DNA from: Vicinamibacterales bacterium
GTDB lineage: Bacteria > Acidobacteriota > Vicinamibacteria > Vicinamibacterales > UBA8438
Assembly (NCBI GenBank): GCA_965214865.1
Contig: CBDCCN010000004.1
Span: forward strand, 2,801,300 to 2,865,299
Direction: 5' to 3'
DNA: 64,000 bases
The first letter of the stretch is position 1. The number at the start of each line of letters is the position of its first letter. Under the pieces are notes generated by a model that saw only the letters and a list, made by a program, of their open reading frames with translations, did not search any database and was not told where the DNA came from. This document shows, piece by piece, positions 1-7,447 of the stretch. The position numbers and the translations under genes are program-made.

Positions 1-70
1 TGACGGCTGGCCGCCGGCCGCCGCCGAGACCGACCGGCGGCGGCGATCTGATTGACCCGCGCGGGCCGCC

Positions 71-1609
71 TCATCTGAGCACCCGGATGCGGTGCGCCTC
101 GCTGTCGCCCACGTACAGGGCGCCGGCTTCGTCCACCCAGATGCCGTGCGGCCGGTTCATCCGGCTGCGCCGCGGTTCCGGTTCCGGCCCGTCGCCGCGC
201 TCGCCGGTCCCGAGCGCCGTCGAGATGATCCCGGTCGCGACGTTGATGCGCCGGATCACGTGGTTCTCGGTGTCGGCGACGTAGAGGGTGCCGCCGGCGG
301 CGTAGGCGAGTCCCTTGGGGCCGGCCAGGGTCGCCTCGCGCGCCGGCCCCCCGTCGCCGCTGTAGCCCTGCTCGCCGGTGCCCGCCACGTGGTGGATCGT
401 CTCGTTCTCGAGGTCGATGCGGTAGATGGCGTTCCCTTCCCGCAGCGCGAGATAGAGGTTGCCGTCGGGATCCAGCGCCATCGCGCGCGGGCCGTTCAGC
501 GGCGTGCCGGCCAGCGGGGCGCCGTCCGGGGTCGGCTCGCGCTCGCCGGTGCCGGCGAAGGTCTCGATGCGCCCGGTCTCCACGTCGACGCGCCGCATCC
601 GGTGGTTGCCGATGTCGCAGATCAGCAGACGCCCGTCCGGGGCGAACACGATGCTGTGCGGGGCGCGGAGCTGCGCCTCGGCCGCCGGCCCGCCGTCGCC
701 GGAGAATCCGGCCTCGCCGGTGCCGGCGACCGTCGAGATGATCCCGGTCCGCATGTCGACCTTGCGCACCACGTGGTTGTCGCGCTCCACGATGTAGAGG
801 TCCCCGCGCGCATCGAACTGGATCTCGTGGGGCATGTTCAGCATGGCGTCCGTCGCGGGCCCGCCGTCGCCCCCGTAGCCCCGCTCGCCGTTGCCGGCAA
901 TCGTGGTCGTACTCCCCGTCGCGAGGCTCAGGCGCCGGATCATCTGGTTGTCGAGGTCGCAGAAATAGAGGGCGCCGTCCGGGCCGATCACCACGCCGTA
1001 GGGGTTGTTGACCTGGCTGTCGGAGAGGCCCGGCATGCCGTCGCCGATGACCGTCGACACCTCGCCGAAGACCTCGAAGGTCTGCTCCAGCGTCATCGCG
1101 GTGCCGGCGTTCGCGTCGCGCACCTCGGCCCGCACGAGGTAGCGGCCGAGCGCGTCGGCGGCCGTGAGATCGATGCCCGCGTAACCGACCGACAGGCCGA
1201 TGGTGCCCCGCGCCGGCGCCGGCTTGGCTCGCCACAGTTCCAGACCGGGGGTTCGGAAGAGAGCCGTGCCGTCCGGCCGGATCACCTCCAGGTCGAACGT
1301 CGTGTCGCAGACGCCGAAGCGGTTCTCGGCGCAGCCGATGAAGAAGATGAACGGTGCGAGCGATTCCCCGCGCCGGCCGATGCGCGTCGTGCTGATGGAG
1401 ACGCCGGGGGTCCGTTGCACCCAGGCCTCGAGGAATTCCTCTGGCCGGTTCGACAGCACCAGCATGGCGCCGAAGCCCGCCCGGAGCTTGCGCCAGGACT
1501 CGTCGCGCAACGGCTCGCCGGCGCTGTGCCACTGGCCCGCGGCCGGGACGCCGCCGAGAAGGACGGCGACGATGAGCGTCGGAAGCGTTCGCATCGTCAT
1601 TCTCGTCAT
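71..1609 (-). CDS. secreted NHL-repeat beta-propeller protein with an unknown ~190-aa N-terminal domain
   Basis: Lies inside ORF 71..2347(-). The credible start is the ATG at 1609 (MTRMTMRTLPTLIVAVLLGG, signal peptide). The C-terminal ~320 aa show six NHL-type repeats (P.G(I/V)..D..G.LY(V/I).D..NH.(I/V)RR(V/I)) separated by G.GE.G(Y/F)(S/G)GDGGPA. The part upstream of 1609 is R/P/G-rich and overlaps the next gene, so I excluded it. Confidence 0.85.
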   Translation of the reverse strand: MTRMTMRTLPTLIVAVLLGGVPAAGQWHSAGEPLRDESWRKLRAGFGAMLVLSNRPEEFLEAWVQRTPGVSISTTRIGRRGESLAPFIFFIGCAENRFGVCDTTFDLEVIRPDGTALFRTPGLELWRAKPAPARGTIGLSVGYAGIDLTAADALGRYLVRAEVRDANAGTAMTLEQTFEVFGEVSTVIGDGMPGLSDSQVNNPYGVVIGPDGALYFCDLDNQMIRRLSLATGSTTTIAGNGERGYGGDGGPATDAMLNMPHEIQFDARGDLYIVERDNHVVRKVDMRTGIISTVAGTGEAGFSGDGGPAAEAQLRAPHSIVFAPDGRLLICDIGNHRMRRVDVETGRIETFAGTGEREPTPDGAPLAGTPLNGPRAMALDPDGNLYLALREGNAIYRIDLENETIHHVAGTGEQGYSGDGGPAREATLAGPKGLAYAAGGTLYVADTENHVIRRINVATGIISTALGTGERGDGPEPEPRRSRMNRPHGIWVDEAGALYVGDSEAHRIRVLR

Positions 1610-1617
1610 CGTCCTGC

Positions 1618-2640
1618 CTAGAAGGTGGCGATCGGGTTGAGGGGCGACCCCATGCCCTTCTCGATGCGGAGCGGCGCGGCCACGAATAGGAACTCGTAGC
1701 GGCCGAGTTCGCGCGCCGTCGCGGCGAGAGCGTCGAAGTCCAGATTGTCGAAGATCCCGACGCCGAGCGCGACCAGCGCCAGGCGGTGGATCGGCAGCCG
1801 GACCTGGTCGGAGTACTCGTGCGGAAACGCGTCGTTCCACATGTCGTGGCCGATGAACGACACGCCCCGTTCCTTCAGGAAATAAGCCACGTCGGAGTGG
1901 TAGCCGGCCACGCCCTCCTCGGACGGGTTCCAGGGGCCGAGGGCGGCCCGCCGCTTCCAGCGGCCGGTGTGCAGCAGGATGACGTCGCCGGGCTCGACAC
2001 GCACGCCCTGGATGCGCTCCAGCTTCTCGAGGTCCGCGGCGCGAATCGCCGTGCCCGGCTCCACCCAGCCCTGCCCGGAGTCCTTGCCCGGCAGCAGGGT
2101 CGCGTCGAACAGGACCCCGCGCGTGAAGACGCCTTCCCGAAGGGCGTGGATGCTGCCCTGCGGGCAGCCCTCCGCCGCGATCACCTGCTCGACCGTCACC
2201 CCGTTGTAGCCCTTGCCCTCGAACATCACGTGGCAGGCGACCGAGTCGAGGTGACTGTGGATGACGCCGTGGTAGGTGCCTGTGTACTGGTAGCGGTCGG
2301 AGGCCCCGGTCTGGCTGACGTTGACCACCTGCCGGTCGAGATACCACCGGCCTTCGAGCGTCTCCGCCTGGATGATGTCGTGGGCGAGCGACACGCTGCG
2401 GCCCTCGGTCACCAGCGCGGCGGCCGCCTTCCGCTTGGCCGGCGTGATGAAGTTGGCGGCGCCCAGCCCGTCGTCGGGACCCCAGCGGCCCCAGTTCGAC
2501 AGTTCCTCCATGGCGTGGAGGAATTCCGCCTCGGTGGTCATCGCGGGACGCGACTGGGAGTCGACGGTGGCGGCCGCGGCGCCGATCAGCAGGGCCGCGA
2601 TGGCCGGGACGCCGCGACGTTGCAGAGCGTGCGTGAGCAT
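1618..2640 (-). CDS. cyclase-family (kynurenine-formamidase-like) protein with signal peptide, paralogue 1
   Basis: The ATG at 2640 is preceded by AGGAGG (rc of 2645-2650). N-terminus is MLTHALQRRGVPAIAALLIGAAAA. Contains SNWGRWGPDDGLGAANFITPAKRKAAAALVTEG, the HGVIHSHLDSVACH metal-motif region, GDVILLHTGRW and a C-terminal FVAAPLRIEKGMGSPLNPIA. It is colinear with 51111..52118 and more distantly with 22738..23700. An 8-nt gap separates it from the NHL gene downstream. Confidence 0.85.
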   Translation of the reverse strand: MLTHALQRRGVPAIAALLIGAAAATVDSQSRPAMTTEAEFLHAMEELSNWGRWGPDDGLGAANFITPAKRKAAAALVTEGRSVSLAHDIIQAETLEGRWYLDRQVVNVSQTGASDRYQYTGTYHGVIHSHLDSVACHVMFEGKGYNGVTVEQVIAAEGCPQGSIHALREGVFTRGVLFDATLLPGKDSGQGWVEPGTAIRAADLEKLERIQGVRVEPGDVILLHTGRWKRRAALGPWNPSEEGVAGYHSDVAYFLKERGVSFIGHDMWNDAFPHEYSDQVRLPIHRLALVALGVGIFDNLDFDALAATARELGRYEFLFVAAPLRIEKGMGSPLNPIATF

Positions 2641-2929
2641 GGTGCCTCCTTCGCCGAGCCGGGTCAGGCTCAGGCAGTTTACTCCGTCTCGCCGACGTCG
2701 CCCACGGCGGACGCGCTGGAGCGGGCCTGCGTGCCGGAGACCGCCATGCACGGGTTGCCGATTACCGGGTCGAGCACGCTCCGCGAGACGGTCGAGGCGC
2801 CGACTTCATCGGGAGTGCCGCCGGTGTGGGATAGACGGGCGATCGGCACGCGTACGACCCGCTGCCGTTCGCCAGGGTGTGGCTGCCTCGAGCCGAAGCG
2901 AAGAGGGTTATCAGGCTCTGTGAAAGCGT

Positions 2930-2954
2930 GCGGGTTCAAATCCCGCTCCGTTGC
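2930..2954 (+). other. tRNA-like T-arm plus 3' acceptor-strand fragment (not a complete tRNA)
   Basis: GCGGG-TTCAAAT-CCCGC (2930-2946) is a canonical T-stem/T-loop, followed by 7 nt TCCGTTG + C. No complementary 5' acceptor strand ([CT][AG][AG][CT]GG[AG]) is present in the ~100 nt upstream, and there is no CCA. Confidence 0.3.
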
Positions 2955-2963
2955 GAAAGCGAC

Positions 2964-2982
2964 GGGACGGAAGTCCCTTTTT
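2964..2982 (+). terminator. small intrinsic-terminator-like hairpin
   Basis: GGGAC-GGAA-GTCCC followed by TTTTT. This is the only clean stem + T5 tract I saw in the window. It lies 10 nt after the tRNA-like fragment. Confidence 0.4.
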
Positions 2983-3416
2983 GCGGTCCCCTGTTCGAGG
3001 CAGCCGCGTTTGCGCTGAGCCGAAGCGGGAGGGTTATCTGCTTGAAACGGAGACCTTCCCCTCCCGCACTTCTTCGTTCAGCGCGCTTCGGTCGATCGTC
3101 TCGAACGCGGTATGGAGCAGTGTCCCGGCTCCCTCATGCCCTGCCTCTCGAGCGCGTGCCGCAGTTCGTTGCAGTACCTGATGGTGTCGTTCGGTTCACG
3201 AAAACAGATCGAGCCTCCTTGGCGCGACAAGCCGTTGATCATGTTGACGAACGCGCGGGCGCCGCCGTTCCGTGCGCGTGGAACGGCGGGGGTGAACTAT
3301 GCGCCGGCGCCGGTCGCGCCTTCGCGCGCGTATCTTCATGTCCAACGACGAACGCGTGCGTGGACCAAAGGCGCTTCATGACCGGCGAGCGTCGTCCTCA
3401 CAGTCCGTTCTCCGCG

Positions 3417-5816
3417 TCAGTACCCCTCCAGGACGGGGAACCGCTCGTCGTCCGGCTGCGGCTGGACGCCGAACGCGTTGAGCGCCATCGACACCATCCG
3501 GTAGCGCGCCGCGGTGAGCGCGATGCTCATCATCTGGTGCGTGTCGTAGCGCGACGACAGGGCGGCCCAGGTCTCGTCCGAGATCATCGAGTCGCGGAAC
3601 ATCTCGTTGGCGGCGTCGATGAGGGCCAGCTCGTTGGCGTTCCAGCCCGACTGGTCGCGGCCCTGGGCAATCCAGACCGGGTCGAGGCCGTGGTCGCGGG
3701 CGCGGCCGACGCTGCCGACGTGCTTGGCCCACTCGTAGACCGAGCCGGAGTTCCAGCCCATGCGCAGGATCAGCAGCTCCCGGTCGTGCGGCGTCAGCCG
3801 TGACCGCTCCGGATCGAGCACGTAGCGCGGGTTCCGGTTGCGCGCCTCGACCATCGCGGGATGCTGCAGGAACGTCCGTGACACCCGCAGCCCGTCGCCC
3901 TCCACCGGCTCGATGCGCGGCGTCGTGAGCGGCGGCTCCTGGTCCGGGACCACGACGCGATAGCCGACGTCGTCGACCGGCATCAGCGCCTCGGCCGGGA
4001 CGCCGTCGTCCGGCTGGATGCCGAGCGAGTTGAAGAGGATGGCGTTGGTGGTGGTCGCGCCCACGGTCATGACCGCATCGATCAGGTTGTGGGTGTCGTA
4101 CCGCTCGGCCAGTGCTGCCCACGTCCGGTCGGTGACCGCCGCGTGGCGGAACAACTGGTCCGCGAACCCGATGAGGATCGCCTCGAACGGATCCCAATCG
4201 TCCCCCGGACCCTCGGCGACATGCATCACCTCGGCCGCGGTCAGGCCCGACTCGGCCGCCCGGCTCGCGTACGCGGCCCAGATGTTGGCGCTCTGGGTGA
4301 GCCAGGCGGTGCGCAGGATCAGGATCGCGCGGTGGCGTGGCGAGAGGGTCGTCTCGTTGGCGACGTAGTGCGTGAACGGCAGCACCCGGTCGGCCAGGGC
4401 GGGCACCCGGGCCAGCGTCCGCACGACGTTGGCGGAGTGGCCGTCGGCGGTGTACTGCTCGACGCTTGCCCGTTGCTCGTCCGTCCGATCCGCTTCCGGC
4501 AGCGGCGGCACCCGCGCGTCGGTCAGCCGCACCGCGGGCACGATGCTGCCCGGCGCCTCGGTGATGGCGCGGGCCGGCTCGATGCGCAGCAGGGCGCCGT
4601 TGTCCTCCTCCGTCAGAACGTACAGGTAGCCGTCCGGTCCCTGCTGCACGTCGCGCACCCGCTGCTTCAGCTCCATCAGCAGCCACTCGCGGCGGATCTC
4701 CTGTCCCTGCCGGTTGAAGACGATGCGCTCGAGGTGACCGGTGTGCTGCATCCGGCCCACCATCATCGAGCCGACGAACAGGTTGCCGCGCCAGGCGGGG
4801 AAGTGCTCGCCGTCGTAGAAGGTGAGGCCCGACGGGGCGATCGACGGCCACCACATGACGTGCGGCCCGGTGAAGTCCGGCAGCCAGGGGGTGTCCGTGA
4901 TCGGCCGGCCGCCGTAGGTCCGGCTGTAGGACGCGATGGGCCAGCCGTAGTTGGAGCCGGGCTGGATGATGTTGGCCTCGTCGCCGCCCTGCACGCCGTG
5001 CTCGGTCGCCCACAGCGCGCCGGTGTCCGGGTGGAAGGCGAGGCCGATCTGGTTGCGGTGGCCCAGCGTCCAGATCTCGGGGTGATAGTCGGGATCGCCG
5101 GCGAAGGGGTTGTCGTCGGGCGCTGTGCCGTCGTCGTTCAGCCGCAGCAGCTTGCCGAAATGGGTGCGCCCGTCCTGGGCGTACTCCCCGGTACCCGCGA
5201 ATTCGAACGCGCCGCCCACGGTCATGAACAGCTTGTTGTCCGGTCCCCAGATCAGCCGCGACGCGGCGATGCCGCCGCCCCAGCCGTCGGCGACGAAGAT
5301 GTCGCGCGTCTCGGTCAGCGCTCCGGCTCCTTCGTCGAGGCGACCGCGGGCCAGCGCCACGGTGGCGCCCTGCCGGCCGTCACGCTCTTCCGCTTTCGAG
5401 TAGGTGAGATAGACGAGGGTGTCGTCCTCGGGATGGACCACCACGTCCATCAGTCCCGCGAGCCGCACGCCGACGAAGACCTCCGGTACGCCCGGGATGT
5501 CCTCGTCGAGAAGCTGCCCGTTGCGGATGACCCGCAGCGTGCCCCGGTCGCGCTCGGTCACCAGGATGTCGCCGTTGCGGCGGAAGGCCATCCCCCACGG
5601 GTGGTCGAGCCCGGTCACGATCGGCACCACGCGGATGCGCGGCTGCTCGGCCGTGTACAGCACCACCGGCCGGTCCGGCGGCGGCAGGCCGGGCACGCCC
5701 CGGAGCGCCGAGGCGCCGGTGCGGTTCTGGGCCCCGACCGGGGTCTGAAGCAGCGCGGCGCAGGCGATGACGAGGGCGGCGGCGAGCGCGGTGCGGAACG
5801 GCGTCGTGCGGGTCAT
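3417..5816 (-). CDS. PQQ-dependent sugar (glucose/sorbosone) dehydrogenase-like beta-propeller fused to two carboxymuconolactone-decarboxylase (AhpD-like) domains
   Basis: The ATG at 5816 is preceded by GGGAGGGGG. Signal peptide is MTRTTPFRTALAAALVIACAALLQ. The N-terminal ~420 aa match the sGDH type (LDHPWGMAF, ITERDRG-like TERDRGTLRVI, GKLLRLNDDG, GHRNQIGLAFHP, GGDE(A)N, YGWP). Two CMD-like modules follow (RHRAILILRTAW...WAALAERYDTHNLIDAV and HDRELLILRMGW...WAALSSRYDTHQMMSIA). Confidence 0.85.
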   Translation of the reverse strand: MTRTTPFRTALAAALVIACAALLQTPVGAQNRTGASALRGVPGLPPPDRPVVLYTAEQPRIRVVPIVTGLDHPWGMAFRRNGDILVTERDRGTLRVIRNGQLLDEDIPGVPEVFVGVRLAGLMDVVVHPEDDTLVYLTYSKAEERDGRQGATVALARGRLDEGAGALTETRDIFVADGWGGGIAASRLIWGPDNKLFMTVGGAFEFAGTGEYAQDGRTHFGKLLRLNDDGTAPDDNPFAGDPDYHPEIWTLGHRNQIGLAFHPDTGALWATEHGVQGGDEANIIQPGSNYGWPIASYSRTYGGRPITDTPWLPDFTGPHVMWWPSIAPSGLTFYDGEHFPAWRGNLFVGSMMVGRMQHTGHLERIVFNRQGQEIRREWLLMELKQRVRDVQQGPDGYLYVLTEEDNGALLRIEPARAITEAPGSIVPAVRLTDARVPPLPEADRTDEQRASVEQYTADGHSANVVRTLARVPALADRVLPFTHYVANETTLSPRHRAILILRTAWLTQSANIWAAYASRAAESGLTAAEVMHVAEGPGDDWDPFEAILIGFADQLFRHAAVTDRTWAALAERYDTHNLIDAVMTVGATTTNAILFNSLGIQPDDGVPAEALMPVDDVGYRVVVPDQEPPLTTPRIEPVEGDGLRVSRTFLQHPAMVEARNRNPRYVLDPERSRLTPHDRELLILRMGWNSGSVYEWAKHVGSVGRARDHGLDPVWIAQGRDQSGWNANELALIDAANEMFRDSMISDETWAALSSRYDTHQMMSIALTAARYRMVSMALNAFGVQPQPDDERFPVLEGY

Positions 5817-6003
5817 GGATTCCCCCTCCCGTGGCGTGCCGACAAGACACCGGGACATTGGTATCGACCACGATTCTCATCGCGACTGCTTCCGAGCCCT
5901 GCGCACGGACCGCGCTCGATCCTCGCGCACCGCGTCACGGTCGCTCGTCAGTCTGGACCACAGTGCCGAACGAGTGCCGCGCCCGCCCGCGCCCACGGCG
6001 GGC

Positions 6004-7374
6004 TTACGCGTCGATCTCGTGCATCGGTGTCATGCTGTTCCCGAAGCGGTCGAGCGGCACCCCCATCCGCTGCAGCAGCGACAGGTGCAGGTTGGCGAGG
6101 TCGGTCGGCGCGGCGAAATCGAGCGCCCGCCCGCTCTTGATCGTGCCCCCGCCGCGGCCCGCGAGCAGCGTCGGCAGGTCGGCAGGATCGTGCTCGTTGC
6201 CGTCGCCGAGGGTCGCGCCGTAGACGATCATGCTGTTGTCGAGCAGCGTCCGGCCGTCCGGCTCCCGGACCGCCTCGAGACGGCCGAGCAGGTAGGCCAC
6301 CTGCCGGTGGTGCCAGCGGATGACCTCGGAGTACATCCGCTGCTTCTCCTCGGGGGAGCTCCACGACGTGACGCCGTCGTCGTCCTCGGTCTTGCCCGAC
6401 GCGTTCTTGTAGTGCGACAGCGCGTGCCACGTGCCCTTCACGCCCGGGATGAAGTTGAAGTAGCGGTTCGACTGCCCGTGGTCGAGCATGAACGTCGCGA
6501 CCCGCGTCGCGTCGGACTGGAACGCGGCGACCATCAGGTCCATCATCAGCCGCACGTACTCCTGGTGGTCGGCCGGGATGCCCGGCTCGGGCGCCGTCAG
6601 CGTGTCGGTCAGCGCCCTGTCCTTGCCCATGGACACGGAGCGCCGCTCCGAGAACTCGATCCGCCGCTCCAGGGCGCGGATCGACTCGAAGTACTCTTCC
6701 AGCCGCACTCGGTCGGTCCGGCTGGCGACGCGCTTCAGGGCGTTCGCATCCGCGAGGACCGCGTCCATCACCGAGCGGTTGCTCGCTCCGCCCGACGGCG
6801 GCCGGAACATCCGGTCGAAGACAGCGCGCGGCTCCACCTCGCGCGGCAGCGGCCGGTCCGCGGCCGACCACGAGATGCTGTTGCGCGGCAGCGAGTTCGA
6901 GAAGAACCCCTCGCCCCTGGTCGACAGCTCCAGCGACGACAGCAGCGTCTCCCGGCCGGCGTGCCGGCCGGCGATCTGGTCCGCCGACATCCCGCCGGCG
7001 CTGACCGCCTGCCGGTCGTAGTCGAACCCGGTCAGCCAGGTCGGCGTGCCGCCGACGTGCCCGTTGCCGAGCGGCGTCCAGACGTTGCGCGGGATGATCA
7101 GCTCGTCCTTGAACGGCTCCAGCGGGCTCATCCACTCGTTCAGCTTCAGGAGCTTTCCGCCGGGCCCGGTCTCGGCCGGATGCCACGAGCCGCGCGCGAT
7201 TCCGTTCGGGAAGTAGAGGTACGCCAGCCGCCGGGCGCCCGCCGCCGCGCCGGACGCCGCCGGAGCGCCTACGCCGAACGCGGACACCGGACGCATGACG
7301 TCGAGCAGGGGCAGCGCCATCGTGGCGCCGAGTCCGCGCAGAACGGTCCGCCGGGAGATGCGTCGTGTCGTCAT
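6004..7374 (-). CDS. DUF1552-family protein with TAT-type signal (pair A)
   Basis: ATG at 7374 with GAGGAA upstream. N-terminus is MTTRRISRRTVLRGLGATMALPLLDVM, and the same RRT.LRG.GAT.ALPLLD block occurs in 12429.. and 53813... It is colinear with the two other DUF1552 genes, but the HHP.SHH motif is replaced by WHALSHY. Confidence 0.9.
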   Translation of the reverse strand: MTTRRISRRTVLRGLGATMALPLLDVMRPVSAFGVGAPAASGAAAGARRLAYLYFPNGIARGSWHPAETGPGGKLLKLNEWMSPLEPFKDELIIPRNVWTPLGNGHVGGTPTWLTGFDYDRQAVSAGGMSADQIAGRHAGRETLLSSLELSTRGEGFFSNSLPRNSISWSAADRPLPREVEPRAVFDRMFRPPSGGASNRSVMDAVLADANALKRVASRTDRVRLEEYFESIRALERRIEFSERRSVSMGKDRALTDTLTAPEPGIPADHQEYVRLMMDLMVAAFQSDATRVATFMLDHGQSNRYFNFIPGVKGTWHALSHYKNASGKTEDDDGVTSWSSPEEKQRMYSEVIRWHHRQVAYLLGRLEAVREPDGRTLLDNSMIVYGATLGDGNEHDPADLPTLLAGRGGGTIKSGRALDFAAPTDLANLHLSLLQRMGVPLDRFGNSMTPMHEIDA

Positions 7375-7447
7375 CGGGTCAGTTCCTCGAGTCGACCTTG
7401 AGTCCGGCTCGTGCAGCCTGTTACAGCGTGCCGTCGAATTCCGGCGC

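Noticed and set aside
92-1621. Long ORFs antisense to or out of frame with real genes. Examples: 92-1621(+), 3376-5013(-), 4089-6140(+), 5767-7401(+), 7295-9763(+), 7371-9581(-), 9478-12081(-), 12360-13742(-), 13645-15276(-), 14079-15512(+), 16872-18287(-), 19561-21084(-), 38680-40572(+), 41410-43173(-), 42921-44231(-), 44216-45754(-), 44365-46188(+), 47353-48978(-), 52395-53933(+), 53933-56956(+), 56170-57819(+), 60659-61903(-), 62794-63933(-).
   Set aside because: Their translations are dominated by R/P/G/A runs with no recognisable motifs. They overlap frames that do carry clear family motifs, signal peptides and RBS. This is the typical shadow-ORF pattern of very GC-rich DNA.
2870-2956. 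A complete tRNA gene around the GGTTCAAATCC T-arm.
   Set aside because: There is no 5' acceptor strand complementary to TCCGTTG within ~100 nt, no foldable anticodon arm in the expected register and no CCA. I kept it only as a tRNA-like fragment.
3081-3242. Minus-strand 53-codon ORF MINGLSRQGGSICFREPNDTIRYCNELRHALERQGM..., considered as a recombinase or regulator fragment.
   Set aside because: It is too short, has no convincing motif, no RBS, and ends in R/S-rich sequence. I mention it only within the gap finding.
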